64,000 nt of DNA from an uncultured delta proteobacterium (GTDB lineage: Bacteria; Desulfobacterota; Binatia; Binatales; Binataceae), in assembly GCA_963794325.1 (NCBI GenBank), contig CAWCDG010000004.1, forward strand, positions 1,600,001 through 1,664,000, written 5' to 3'. The translations under genes were made by a program, and so were the position numbers. How positions within the stretch are numbered: position 1 is the stretch's first letter; every line of letters begins with the position of its first letter. Positions 20,267 through 30,074 of this stretch are shown piece by piece. Below the pieces are notes generated by a model. That model was not told where the DNA came from. It made no database searches and saw only the letters and a program-made list of their open reading frames with translations.

Positions 20267-21321
20267 ACCAGGCCGCTACACTTGGGGTGATTTCGCGCGA
20301 GTCTGAGCTGAAGATTTTTCCGCTCGAGCAAGCGCGCGCTGAATGGGAGGCCCTTGCCAGATCGCATCCCGAGGCGACTCTCTACCATCGCGGGCCGTGG
20401 CTTGAAGTTTTGCAGCGCGCGTTTGGCGTGCGCCCATCGGTCGCAACCATTTCCGATTCCGGATCGGCGAGAGCTGCCTGCTTACTCGCCCCAGGCGGCA
20501 ATCCAATTCGACGGAGTCTCATCTCGTTGCCGTTTTCGGATTTCTGTCCGCCGCTGGCCATGAACGACTCGGCCCGCGACGCACTGTTGTCCGGATTGGC
20601 GGTCACTCGAAATCGGCCCAGGCTCGAGATGCGCGGCGTCGCGGGAACCTACCCGTGGAACGTGCTCTATCACTTCCAGCGATGGACGCTCGATTTGTCG
20701 CGCCCGTTCCAGGCCATCGAGAAGGCCGCCGACCGCGAAGTACGACGTCATCTGCGTCGCGCGCGCGAGGCCGGGGTCACCGTCGAGCGCTCGCGCGACG
20801 CCGAGGCGATGGACTGCTTCTTCAATCTCCAGTTGGAGAGCCGGCGTCGTCTTGGAGTCCCATCACAGCCGCTCAAGTTTTTCAGGACGGTGTACGAGGT
20901 CTTCGCGAAGATCGACGCGATCGATGTGTGGTTCGCATTGCACCAGGGCAAACGCATCGCCGCGGTGGTCATCCTGCGCGACGGCAATGACCTGCATGCG
21001 AAATGGTCGGCGCGCGCGGCCGGCAGTCCCGACGGCGCCAGTCACCTGATCTTCATCGCTATCGCCGAGCATCACGCGCAGCTCGCCAACTCACTGGACT
21101 TCGGCCGTACCGATAGCCGCAATCGCGGTCTGTCTCGCTTCAAGCGCGAGCTCGGCGCCACCGCGACTGATTTGCCGTACAGCTATTTTCCGCAGATGCC
21201 GACCGTGACGAGCGCCGAAAATCTGACCGGGGTTTGGCAGACCGCATCACGCGTATGGCGAAATCTGCCGCTGCCGGTCGCGCGGGTTCTCAACAACGTG
21301 ACCTACAGGTACCTAGCATGA
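20263..21321 (+). CDS. FemAB-like GNAT protein
   Basis: ATG overlaps the wzx stop; ATLYHRGPWL, LISLPFSD, RRHLRRA, LDFGRTD, GLSRFKRELGA. Confidence 0.8.
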   Translation: MNQAATLGVISRESELKIFPLEQARAEWEALARSHPEATLYHRGPWLEVLQRAFGVRPSVATISDSGSARAACLLAPGGNPIRRSLISLPFSDFCPPLAMNDSARDALLSGLAVTRNRPRLEMRGVAGTYPWNVLYHFQRWTLDLSRPFQAIEKAADREVRRHLRRAREAGVTVERSRDAEAMDCFFNLQLESRRRLGVPSQPLKFFRTVYEVFAKIDAIDVWFALHQGKRIAAVVILRDGNDLHAKWSARAAGSPDGASHLIFIAIAEHHAQLANSLDFGRTDSRNRGLSRFKRELGATATDLPYSYFPQMPTVTSAENLTGVWQTASRVWRNLPLPVARVLNNVTYRYLA

Positions 21322-22172
21322 TGCGCTACATCGCAATCACTCCGGCACGCGACGAGGAAAAATTGCTGCCCGGACTTATCGCCTCGATGGCAGCGCAGGG
21401 CTGGAAGCCCGACCGTTGGATAATAATTGACGACGGTTCCGCGGACGCGACTGGTGCGATACTGGACGAGGCAGCTCGCACCTATCCGTGGATCGAGCCT
21501 CATCATCTGGAGCGCGATCGTCCGCGCGCCCCCGGCGGCGAATGCGTGATCACCCAGTTTCTGCCGCATGAAGCCTGTCAGGAGTACGACTACGTTTTGC
21601 GGCTCGACGCCGACGTCAGTTTCGAATCCGGCTTCATCGACTTGCTGCTCCAGGAATTCAGGCACGACCCCAAGCTCGGAATCGCCAGCCCAACTTTGTG
21701 GGAACCCAAGGGCAGTGAGTGGATCGAGATTCGACAGCCTGAATATCACACGCGCGGGCCGGCCAAGATGTACTCGCTGGCGTGTTTCAACTCGATCGGT
21801 GAACTCGATTCCGACGTTGGATGGGACACGCTCGACGAAGCGCGCGCGATGCTGCATGGTTTTCGCACTCGCGGCTTCCGGCACATCACGGCGCGGCATC
21901 ATCGTCCGCAAGGCGAAGCGTCGGGATGGAGGGCGCGGATGAAGGCCGGGCTGGCGGCATACAGAGTCGGCTATTCCCCGGTATTTGTGCTGGCGCGCGC
22001 GGCGCGCGAGACCTTTACGCGCCCGTCGCCGGCTGACGGCGCGCTGTTACTCGCCGGCTTTCTCCAAGGATACATTCGGCGCGAGCCGCGCTGCGCAGAA
22101 CCCGAACTGGTAAGTTTCATCCGGCGGCACCAGCACCGCAGACTGCTGTTCCAGGAGTCGCTATGGCGCTGA
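21318..22172 (+). CDS. Glycosyltransferase family 2
   Basis: ITPARDEE, IIIDDGSADAT, LDAD, GWDTLDE. Confidence 0.88.
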   Translation: MMRYIAITPARDEEKLLPGLIASMAAQGWKPDRWIIIDDGSADATGAILDEAARTYPWIEPHHLERDRPRAPGGECVITQFLPHEACQEYDYVLRLDADVSFESGFIDLLLQEFRHDPKLGIASPTLWEPKGSEWIEIRQPEYHTRGPAKMYSLACFNSIGELDSDVGWDTLDEARAMLHGFRTRGFRHITARHHRPQGEASGWRARMKAGLAAYRVGYSPVFVLARAARETFTRPSPADGALLLAGFLQGYIRREPRCAEPELVSFIRRHQHRRLLFQESLWR

Positions 22173-23383
22173 GCGTTTCAACCGACGACGTCCGCGAATA
22201 CTCCGTGGCAGGCGAGGAGCCACTCTCGTACGCCAGCCATAACGACGCATTCTCTTTCTGGAAGCTGCCGGAGGAATGGCGGTCCACGCTCGAGTCCGCA
22301 ATCGATGAATCCAGGGTCATCGCCGAGCGTTACCTGTTTGAAGAATACATGGCGCGCAAAGATCGCCGGCCGCCGACGAACATGCAGGCGTACTATCGGA
22401 TCAAGAGTCTGATTCCCGAGTCGGTCCGTCATCGGCTCAACTCGGCAGCGGTCAAGATGCGCGCGAAGCGCGAATTTCCCCGATGGCCGTGTGAAAGCGC
22501 GCTGATCGACTATTGGCGCGATTGGCTGCGAATCACCTTGCACACGATGAAGAAGAGCGACGCGTGGCACATCGGATTTTGGCCCAACGGCATGAAATCC
22601 TGCATCGTGCTGACGCATGACGTCGAAGGCCCGCTCGGAATGAGCCGGATGGAGCAGATGGCGGACCTCGAGGAGCGGTACAATTTCCGATCGTCGTGGA
22701 ACCTGCCGCTGGGGCAGTACCGGATCGATTGGAAGCTTATCGATCGGCTCCGGCAACGCGGCTTCGAGTTTGGCGCGCATGGATTGTCCCATGACGGCCG
22801 CTTGTTCCGCAGTGAGAGCGACTTCAGCGAACTCGCTCCTCTGCTCCAGGAGCGGGCGCGGGCGCACGACATGAACGGCTTCCGCGCGCCCTCGACGCTG
22901 CGGCGAGCCGAATGGATAACCCGACTCTCGTTCGACTTCGATTGCAGCTTCTCGGATTCCGATCCATATGAGCCTCAGCCGGGCGGAACCTGCAGCGTGT
23001 TTCCTTTTTTTCTGTCGCACCTGGTCGAGTTGCCTTACACGATGCCGCAGGATCACACGCTGATTCATTTACTGCATCGGAGTCCGATTCAGACCTGGGC
23101 AATGAAGGCCAAGTGGATCGAATCGCTCGGTGGGATGATCCTGACCCTCGTTCATCCCGACTACTGCGGCGCCGGACGGTATCTCGACGAATACGAAACT
23201 CTGCTCAAGCAGCTGAACGACATGCAATCCGCATGGCGCGCGCTGCCTTCTGAAGTGTCCGCATGGTGGCGTCGCCGGGATCAAATGCAGCTGAGGATGC
23301 GCGGCAACTCTCCTTCGATTGAAGGACCGGGATCGCAGCGCGCGGTCGTGAGGATGCTCTCCAGCGAACCGCTCGCGGAGTGA
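22163..23383 (+). CDS. Polysaccharide deacetylase (NodB/CE4-like)
   Basis: VLTHDVE, FGAHGLSHDG, GFRAP, ELPYTMPQD, LVHPDY. Confidence 0.8.
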   Translation: MALSVSTDDVREYSVAGEEPLSYASHNDAFSFWKLPEEWRSTLESAIDESRVIAERYLFEEYMARKDRRPPTNMQAYYRIKSLIPESVRHRLNSAAVKMRAKREFPRWPCESALIDYWRDWLRITLHTMKKSDAWHIGFWPNGMKSCIVLTHDVEGPLGMSRMEQMADLEERYNFRSSWNLPLGQYRIDWKLIDRLRQRGFEFGAHGLSHDGRLFRSESDFSELAPLLQERARAHDMNGFRAPSTLRRAEWITRLSFDFDCSFSDSDPYEPQPGGTCSVFPFFLSHLVELPYTMPQDHTLIHLLHRSPIQTWAMKAKWIESLGGMILTLVHPDYCGAGRYLDEYETLLKQLNDMQSAWRALPSEVSAWWRRRDQMQLRMRGNSPSIEGPGSQRAVVRMLSSEPLAE

Positions 23384-23384
23384 G

Positions 23385-24557
23385 GTGACGACCATGGCGC
23401 GCTTTCTGATGATTGCCTACACCACCTACATGCATGACGGCCGGGTAAAGCGGCACGCCGAGGCGCTGGCCGAGCGCGGCGATGACGTGGACGTGATTTG
23501 CCTCGCTACCGGCGCGAAGCCGATCACCAACGGCGTCAACGTGATCGGTCTGCCGATGCCGCGATATCGGGGCGAAAGTAAATTCGCATATCTCAGAAGT
23601 TACCTGCGGTTCTTCACGATGGCGGCGCAGCGTGCGGCGCGGATGTCGATGAAGCATCGCTACGACGTGGTGATCGTATGCACCATGCCGGACGCGGTCA
23701 TCGTTTGCGCGATACTGCCGAAGTTCCTCGGCAGCAAGGTCGTCCTCGACGTGCACGACACGATGCCGGAGTTGTATCGGGATAAATTCGGCGGAGCGCG
23801 CGGCGCGGCCGGCGCGAAACTATTGATGCTCGAGGAACGCGCCAGCTCGTGGTGGGCGGACAGCGTTCTCGCCGTGCACGATCTGCATCGCGACCGGCTG
23901 CAACAGGCAGGCGTGCCGGCCGGCAAGATTCACGTCGTCATGAACTCGCCGGACACCCGGATCTTCGACCTGCACAAAAACGGCGACTCGTTCGCGCCCA
24001 ACCAGTTCACCTTGATCTGTCACGGCACGGTTACCCAGCGGCTCGGGCTGGACCTGGCCATCTCTGCGGTCGCGTCGCTGCGCTCGGAAATCCCGGAGCT
24101 GCGGCTCAAGGTGATCGGCGAAGGCGATCGGCTTTCGGAGTCGCGCGCGCTGGTCGATCGGCTGGGTCTGGGCGCCCGCGTCTCCTTCATGGATCTGGTT
24201 CCGGTCGAGAAACTTCCCGCGCTGCTGGTGAAGGCTGACGTTGGTCTAGTTCCTTACCGGCCGAGCAGCGCGACGCATCTGATGCTGCCCGTGAAATTGC
24301 TCGACTACGCGACGCTTGGAATTCCGGTGATCGCCGCTCGTCTGCGGACAGTTGAATATTATTTTGGAGACGGCGCGGTCGAACTATTCGAACCCGGAAA
24401 CGTGAGCGATCTCGCGCGTGCGATCAAGCTGCTCTACCACAATCCGGATTTGCGTGGGCGACTGGTCGAGCGCGCCCGCCATTCCCTCGACGCTCTGAAC
24501 TGGCAGAACCAGCGAAACGAATACTACCGGGCAATCGATTCGCTCCTTACGGCGTGA
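23385..24557 (+). CDS. Glycosyltransferase family 4
   Basis: DGRVKRHA, LDVHDTMPE, HGTVTQRLG, PVKLLDYATLGIPVI. Confidence 0.88.
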   Translation: MTTMARFLMIAYTTYMHDGRVKRHAEALAERGDDVDVICLATGAKPITNGVNVIGLPMPRYRGESKFAYLRSYLRFFTMAAQRAARMSMKHRYDVVIVCTMPDAVIVCAILPKFLGSKVVLDVHDTMPELYRDKFGGARGAAGAKLLMLEERASSWWADSVLAVHDLHRDRLQQAGVPAGKIHVVMNSPDTRIFDLHKNGDSFAPNQFTLICHGTVTQRLGLDLAISAVASLRSEIPELRLKVIGEGDRLSESRALVDRLGLGARVSFMDLVPVEKLPALLVKADVGLVPYRPSSATHLMLPVKLLDYATLGIPVIAARLRTVEYYFGDGAVELFEPGNVSDLARAIKLLYHNPDLRGRLVERARHSLDALNWQNQRNEYYRAIDSLLTA

Positions 24558-25435
24558 TTGTCATTCGGGAGAGTCCTGCAACAACCAAGGGGCTGAAACA
24601 GGAGAAAGAAGCGATGGATGTGAAAGCAGAAACGAACGAGAAGCCGAAAGCGAGAACCCTGGTGGTCGGGCTCGGCGAAGTGGGCGGCGCGCTCGCTGCG
24701 GTGTTGGACCGCAAGGAACCCGTGCTGCGGCACGACCTCGACAGAGTGAAGATAGAAGACCCGATTGGGACTATGCACATCTGTATCCCGTTTCAAACGC
24801 CGCATCAGTTCGAAACTGTCGCGCTCGGATACATCAGCCGGTTTCAGCCCGCTCTGACGATCATCAACAGCACTGTGTTGCCGGGAACCACTCGATCGAT
24901 CGCGGAAAAGAGCGGCAGCGCCGTCGCGTACAGCCCGGTGCGTGGCAAGCACGTGCGGATGGAGCAGGACCTTTCGCATTACTGCAAATTCGTCGCAGCC
25001 CCCAACCGAGCGGACGCGGCCAGCGCCGAGGCGCACTTTCAGGCGGCCGGCATGAAAACCCGGCGGATGACGGAAGTCGAGTCGCTCGAGCTGGGGAAGC
25101 TGGCCGAGACCACGTATTTCGGCGCATGCATCGCGTTCGCACAGGAGATGAACCGCTACGCGGAGCGGGTCGGCGGCGACTATTCCGAGTCGATCGATTT
25201 TTTCGAGGAAGTGGATTTCCTGCCGCGCCAGCGTTACTTCCCCGGCTTCATCGGCGGCCACTGCGTTATTCCCAACATCAAACTGCTGCTTCAAATAGCG
25301 CCGTCGCAGACGCTCGAAGCAATATTGGATTCAAATGAACGACGTGCAATTGAACTCGAATCGCGAAAGGGGGCCAAGGCAGTTTCCAGCTCGCGCGAGC
25401 CTCAGCCGGCCAAAGTGCTGGCTGATCGGCAATAG
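24554..25435 (+). CDS. Short UDP-glucose/GDP-mannose dehydrogenase-family protein (WbpA/WecC-like, no C-terminal domain)
   Basis: VVGLGEVG, NSTVLPGTT, YSPVRG, ELGKLAETTY, FIGGHCVIPN (catalytic Cys); only about 290 aa. Confidence 0.7.
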   Translation: MIVIRESPATTKGLKQEKEAMDVKAETNEKPKARTLVVGLGEVGGALAAVLDRKEPVLRHDLDRVKIEDPIGTMHICIPFQTPHQFETVALGYISRFQPALTIINSTVLPGTTRSIAEKSGSAVAYSPVRGKHVRMEQDLSHYCKFVAAPNRADAASAEAHFQAAGMKTRRMTEVESLELGKLAETTYFGACIAFAQEMNRYAERVGGDYSESIDFFEEVDFLPRQRYFPGFIGGHCVIPNIKLLLQIAPSQTLEAILDSNERRAIELESRKGAKAVSSSREPQPAKVLADRQ

Positions 25436-26762
25436 TCCGGAGCTGCCCACTGCGGCCGGACGGATCGCGCGGCTGCGCGGTCTCGAGGTCGAGGTTTGTC
25501 CTGCGAATGGGGCCGCGCTTCCGTCTTTTCAGACGGCCCGCAACCAGCTGATCGCGATCAATTTCGATCTGTTGTCGCGGCTCGAAGCCGGCGCACAGGC
25601 GCGTCTGCGCGAAGCCGCCGAGAATGGCGCGACCATTTACGTGCGCGGAGGGCTACAGCCTGGACGCAGATTCTCGATGCGGCCGTTTTCGGATCAGCAG
25701 TTCCAGTTTTTGGACTTGCCGGCCGACGGTTATCAATTCTCGACCCATCCGATCCTTCCCGCAGCAATCGCCGGCGAACGAATAGTCACCAGGTTGAACA
25801 TGCCGATGGCGGCTGGATTGGACGACAGCGTCCGCCCGATCGTGTGGAGTCTGCATCGAACCGGATCCGGGACGCCGTCAATTTTTTCGATCGAAGTGGG
25901 TGCCGGCATCGCGATCTTCGATCTTCATCCTGATGATGAATCCAGCGAGCATGAATTGCTCGCGGAACTCGCCGCGCCAACCAGAAGAGCTGCCAGTATC
26001 GGGGCGGTCGCGGCGGTTGATTGGGCCGCCGGACGCAATCCAGCGACTCCCGTGCCGATCAATCTCGTCATCGACGATCGTCCGATCAACTTCGACTATT
26101 TCAACGCGGGCAGGTTGAAGACGTTTATGCAACATCTCGATGATCGGTGCCCCGGCATCCACACCGATTTCGCGTGGACGCCAAGTTACACGCGGCCGTA
26201 TCGCCGCTACCTGGACGTACTGGCACAGCACAACACCGGCTTCGTGTGGCACGGGTTCCTGCGCCACGTGGATCATCGCAGGATCACTGATTTCGAGTCG
26301 CAGCTCGACGCGGGGCGTGCACGCGTCGAAGAAATCACGCGGCATTACGGCGTTAGATTTCAAAGGGTGATGATTTTTCCATACGAAAAAGGCACGCGTC
26401 GCGCCGACGAACTTCTGCGCCGCGCGGGTTTCGTGGCGAAGGTTCAGTCGATGGAGGACAGTCCGCATCCGAATTACTACCGGCTGCGGGGCGTCGCCGA
26501 CAAACCGTCGTTTGATGAGTTCAGTGTGATTTATCGCGATTCGATCGAAACCCTCACCCGCGATCGAATGTTGGCCCTGGCTACGCTTGGGATGCCGGTG
26601 GCCGCGCTGGCGCATCCTCGCGATCTGGCCCTGCGCCGGTTTCAGCCGGGCGATCCGGGCGCAGTGTCGTACTTTGATTCAGTGCTGGCGTTTGCGGCGG
26701 AAAAGTCGCTGCGACCGATGTCGCTCGAAGAAATAGCGGCCGAAGTGCCGGCCGCGCGATAA
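25335..26762 (+). CDS. Hypothetical protein, possible CE4-like C-terminal domain
   Basis: Last gene of the operon; LVIDDRP and WHGFLRHVDH resemble NodB motifs; start uncertain (overlaps the previous gene). Confidence 0.5.
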   Translation: MNDVQLNSNRERGPRQFPARASLSRPKCWLIGNSPELPTAAGRIARLRGLEVEVCPANGAALPSFQTARNQLIAINFDLLSRLEAGAQARLREAAENGATIYVRGGLQPGRRFSMRPFSDQQFQFLDLPADGYQFSTHPILPAAIAGERIVTRLNMPMAAGLDDSVRPIVWSLHRTGSGTPSIFSIEVGAGIAIFDLHPDDESSEHELLAELAAPTRRAASIGAVAAVDWAAGRNPATPVPINLVIDDRPINFDYFNAGRLKTFMQHLDDRCPGIHTDFAWTPSYTRPYRRYLDVLAQHNTGFVWHGFLRHVDHRRITDFESQLDAGRARVEEITRHYGVRFQRVMIFPYEKGTRRADELLRRAGFVAKVQSMEDSPHPNYYRLRGVADKPSFDEFSVIYRDSIETLTRDRMLALATLGMPVAALAHPRDLALRRFQPGDPGAVSYFDSVLAFAAEKSLRPMSLEEIAAEVPAAR

Positions 26763-26772
26763 TCGAGTCCCG

Positions 26773-28209
26773 TCAGTTACCGTGATGTCGCGACGACTCG
26801 CTCGACGACTCGCGATCCTTCCCCTGGTAGCGAACCAGCCGGTTGTAGAGCGTCTTTAAACTGATCCCGAGAATTTGAGCGGCGCGCACTTTATTGCCGT
26901 TGGTAAAATCCAGCGTCTTGAAAATGAACTCGCGCTCGACTTCGTCCAGCGACTCTCCGATGCGCAATTCGAAATGAGGTCCCTTGCGGCCGGCACGCCT
27001 GACGTCGACCGGAAGATCGGCGGCCGCGAGCAGAGGCCGTCGTGCAACGATAGTGGCGCGCTCGATCACGTTTCGCAGTTGCATTACGTTGCCGGGCCAT
27101 CGAAACAAGCGAAGAATTTCCAGACATTCGTTGTCGACGCCGGTCACCGATTTTCGATTGTTCTGCGCGGACTGTGCAACAAACGCCTCGACCAGCGCCG
27201 GAATATCTTCGAGCCGATCGCGCAGCGGCGGCAGTTCGATGGTGAAAGTATTGAGTCTCGAATATAAGTCTTCGCGCAATCTGCCGTAGTGAGTGGCCTC
27301 CGCCAGACTTTTGCTCGAAGACGCGATCAGGCGAACATCCAGCGACGTTTCGTTTCCGTTGCTGGCGCCGAGCCGGCGGAATTTCCTTTCCTCGATCGTT
27401 CGCAGCAGCTTGGCCTGGAGTTCGATCTTCAGCTCGGTAATTTCGTCGAGCAGGAGGGTACCGCCATTGGCCATCGCCAGCAGTCCTTCGCGGCGCCGTG
27501 CGGCTCCCGCAAAAGCGCCGGGCTCGTGGCCCCACAGCTCGCTCTCCATCAGGTCGTGCGGCAATCCCGAGCAGGTGACGGCGACGTATGGATCATTGCG
27601 GCGCGCCGACAGCTCGTGAATCGTCCGCGCCACGATTTTCTTGCCGGTTCCGCTTTCTCCGACGATCGACACCGAGGCGGAACTCGACGCCGCGGCTTCC
27701 TCGACCAGCCTCATCACGCGACGCATCGCGGGCGATTGCCCGATGATTGGTCCAAGCGTGCCGGCCTCGATCAACTTTCGCCGGAGACGCTGGTTTTCCT
27801 CGCTCACTCTGAGTTGAGTCATCAATTCGTTCAAGAGCACGCGCAGATTGGTCGGATTGATCGGCTTGGAGACAACGTCGTAGGCGCCGGGCTTGGTGAT
27901 GGGTTCTTTTGAACGAAGGTCGGCCTCTTCGGCCATCACGATCGTCGCGACTTCGACGCCGCGTGCTTGCAATTCACCTAAAACGGTCTCGCCGTCTTTC
28001 TGATGTGCTTTCAGATCGATCAGAAGGACATGCGGCGAAAACGACTTGGTCTTTTCGAACACCTGATTGCCCGCGACGGCCTGAACCACAAAGCCCCACG
28101 AGTTGATCAGGTCGCGCAATTTCTCGCGGCCGGACTGGTCATCCGCGACGACGAGAATGCGGAGGTCACGGTTATTATCTGACGTGTTGGAGGTTGCTGG
28201 CATCGTCAT
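26773..28209 (-). CDS. NtrC-family regulator (REC-AAA+-Fis HTH) with degenerate activation motifs
   Basis: ILVVADD...LLIDL...SKP; GESGTGKK; ESELWGHEPGAFAGA; LLLDEI; WPGNVMQLRN; GNKVRAAQILGISLKTLYNRL. Start at 28209 or 28203. Confidence 0.88.
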   Translation of the reverse strand: MTMPATSNTSDNNRDLRILVVADDQSGREKLRDLINSWGFVVQAVAGNQVFEKTKSFSPHVLLIDLKAHQKDGETVLGELQARGVEVATIVMAEEADLRSKEPITKPGAYDVVSKPINPTNLRVLLNELMTQLRVSEENQRLRRKLIEAGTLGPIIGQSPAMRRVMRLVEEAAASSSASVSIVGESGTGKKIVARTIHELSARRNDPYVAVTCSGLPHDLMESELWGHEPGAFAGAARRREGLLAMANGGTLLLDEITELKIELQAKLLRTIEERKFRRLGASNGNETSLDVRLIASSSKSLAEATHYGRLREDLYSRLNTFTIELPPLRDRLEDIPALVEAFVAQSAQNNRKSVTGVDNECLEILRLFRWPGNVMQLRNVIERATIVARRPLLAAADLPVDVRRAGRKGPHFELRIGESLDEVEREFIFKTLDFTNGNKVRAAQILGISLKTLYNRLVRYQGKDRESSSESSRHHGN

Positions 28210-28218
28210 TGAATAAGC

Positions 28219-28234
28219 AGCAACCGATGTGCCA
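28219..28234 (-). promoter_or_regulatory. Sigma-54 promoter of the NtrC-like gene
   Basis: Minus strand TGGCAC-ATCGG-TTGCT (consensus match); predicted +1 near 28208. Confidence 0.72.
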
Positions 28235-28381
28235 TGCGGTGGTCGAGAAAAAGCCCCCTGAATCCCCGAGAAAATAATTCGAGAAAATCGCCTCTTAAGT
28301 AAGAAATACATAATTTTAGATATTCGCCTTCTGTGCGAGATTAGAAAGGCTTTATTCCCAACATCTTTTAGTCGCCATTTC

Positions 28382-28397
28382 CGGCACGGCGATTGCT
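28382..28397 (+). promoter_or_regulatory. Putative sigma-54 promoter with no intact ORF downstream
   Basis: CGGCAC-GGCGA-TTGCT followed by GGAGG at 28418-28422. Confidence 0.55.
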
Positions 28398-28672
28398 CAA
28401 GTACTTCAGGATAGCTCGGAGGGTGCGCCAGGCATTATACGGCGCCCGAGTTGGTCGCTACCTTTCCTCAATCGACTACTACTCAAACTGCTACTACCAA
28501 TGATGATGGCGACGTGCAGCGCCAGACGACGACTACAGTTGTCGCACCGTAGCCGGTATCTTACTTTCGCGCTCTGACTCTTTGTTTGAAAGCTAAAAAA
28601 GAGCAATCCGCTGAGCATTGAGTTATGCCCAGCGGATTGCTGTTAATGGGGCGGATCAATTCGACGGCAAGT

Positions 28673-28834
28673 TCAAAGAATTGCTCGTCCTGCGACCAGC
28701 GAGACCACGAACAAGACCAGAAATACGACGAATAGGATTCTCGCAAATTCCGCGGACACGCCCGCAATGCCGCCAAATCCTAGCGCCGCCGCAATGACAG
28801 CTATCACTAGAAAAACGAGTGCGTAATACAGCAT
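28673..28834 (-). CDS. DUF1328 / UPF0391 (YtjA-like) small membrane protein, 53 aa, not in the ORF track
   Basis: Manual translation [53 protein letters not shown]; GAGGT RBS. Confidence 0.9.
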   Translation of the reverse strand: MLYYALVFLVIAVIAAALGFGGIAGVSAEFARILFVVFLVLFVVSLVAGRAIL

Positions 28835-28869
28835 GAGTCAGTACCTCACGGGTAGGATACAGAGTAATC

Positions 28870-28885
28870 AGCAACTACTATGCCA
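28870..28885 (-). promoter_or_regulatory. Sigma-54 promoter of the DUF1328 gene
   Basis: Minus strand TGGCAT-AGTAG-TTGCT, 35 bp upstream of the ATG. Confidence 0.7.
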
Positions 28886-28988
28886 TGGTTCATCGAAAAT
28901 TCCCGGAGTAATTGGCCTTTAGGATTCGTGAATAAATTACTCCGAGTATGCTTCAAGAGAATCCTTTCAGGCTGTGGACCTATGACGG

Positions 28989-29004
28989 TGGCCCTATCCT
29001 TGCT
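28989..29004 (+). promoter_or_regulatory. Sigma-54 promoter of csbD-BON
   Basis: TGGCCC-TATCC-TTGCT, 65 bp upstream of ATG 29070. Confidence 0.62.
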
Positions 29005-29069
29005 CGCTTTTATTAGTGTCATGGCCAAGGGATCGTAAAACCCCACTTACCCGCAAGGAGCAGTACCGT

Positions 29070-29267
29070 ATGAATACGGATCAGGTTAAGGGCAAGTTCA
29101 AGCAGCTTTCTGGTGAGATCAAGCGCAAATGGGGCCAGGTGACCGACGATGATTTGAAGCAGGCCCAGGGCAGCATGGAGAAACTTATCGGCAAGATTCA
29201 AGAGCGCTCAGGCGACCGCCGTGAGGCAATCGAGCAGTGGCTCAAGTCGCAAGGTATGAACGAGTAA
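29070..29267 (+). CDS. csbD: CsbD family (YjbJ-like) stress protein
   Basis: MNTDQVKGKFKQLSGEIKRKWGQVTDDDL...GKIQERSG; AAGGAG RBS. Confidence 0.9.
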   Translation: MNTDQVKGKFKQLSGEIKRKWGQVTDDDLKQAQGSMEKLIGKIQERSGDRREAIEQWLKSQGMNE

Positions 29268-29281
29268 CCAGGAGGTAATGT

Positions 29282-29749
29282 ATGGATACAAAATACGCAT
29301 TCAGATTGATCGTGCCGGCGGTCCTGTTCGGGATGGTCTTGTCCGTTCCGGCCTTCGCTCAAAACAGCGCGCCGAATAGCCCGAACGCTGCGTCACCGGC
29401 CAGCGAGGATATGAACGCGCCGGCCGGACAGCAGATGCGTGCGGCTGGTCGAGAGATGAAGGATGCCGGTAGTGACACTGCCGCGGCAGCGACGGACACC
29501 TATCATGGAACTACGCGTGCGGTAAAAGACACGACCATCACCGCCGAAGTGAAGACCGCATTGAAGCGGGATCCACAGGTAGGATTAACCAGGATTCACG
29601 TCATGACCTCCGGCGGAGTCGTGACCTTGAAGGGCAAGGTGCCGACGCCTGATGTGGCTGCGCATGCTGCCCTAGTCGCGGAACAAAACAAGGGCGTCAA
29701 GAGCGTGGACAACCAACTGATGGTGGCTAATTCGGCGCGAACCGACTAG
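29282..29749 (+). CDS. Periplasmic BON-domain (OsmY-like) protein
   Basis: Signal peptide AFA-Q; DTTITAEVKTAL...IHVMTSGGVVTLKG...GVKSVDNQL; AGGAGG RBS. Confidence 0.9.
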   Translation: MDTKYAFRLIVPAVLFGMVLSVPAFAQNSAPNSPNAASPASEDMNAPAGQQMRAAGREMKDAGSDTAAAATDTYHGTTRAVKDTTITAEVKTALKRDPQVGLTRIHVMTSGGVVTLKGKVPTPDVAAHAALVAEQNKGVKSVDNQLMVANSARTD

Positions 29750-29774
29750 CCCGCCAGTCCACTAACAAATCGGA

Positions 29775-29827
29775 GTCGCCGCCGGTTCGTGGGCATCAAG
29801 CTCGCGAACCCGGCGGCGGCAGTTTTT
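29775..29827 (+). terminator. Rho-independent terminator after the BON gene
   Basis: GTCGCCGCCGG...CCGGCGGCGGC followed by AGTTTTT. Confidence 0.65.
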
Positions 29828-30047
29828 ATGGTTGAGGTTATCGAGTTTCAGCGATCGGGGTGTTCTGCAGGCTCAACGGTGTTGCCAGTATCGCTGGTTT
29901 GGTCCTCTTTTCACACATCCAGTTAATAAGCGGGTTTAACTGAATCATCGGAAAAATTTTCAGCACGGATTACATGGTTCCCACTTTTCGGATTTTTGCG
30001 AGTTACCCAAGTCCTCGAAAAAAAAGGGTAATCCATTTCCGGGGCGC

Positions 30048-30063
30048 TGGCACGAGCATTGCG
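30048..30063 (+). promoter_or_regulatory. Sigma-54 promoter upstream of the candidate sRNA and DUF6496 gene
   Basis: TGGCAC-GAGCA-TTGCG. Confidence 0.7.
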
Positions 30064-30074
30064 TGTCTATATTG

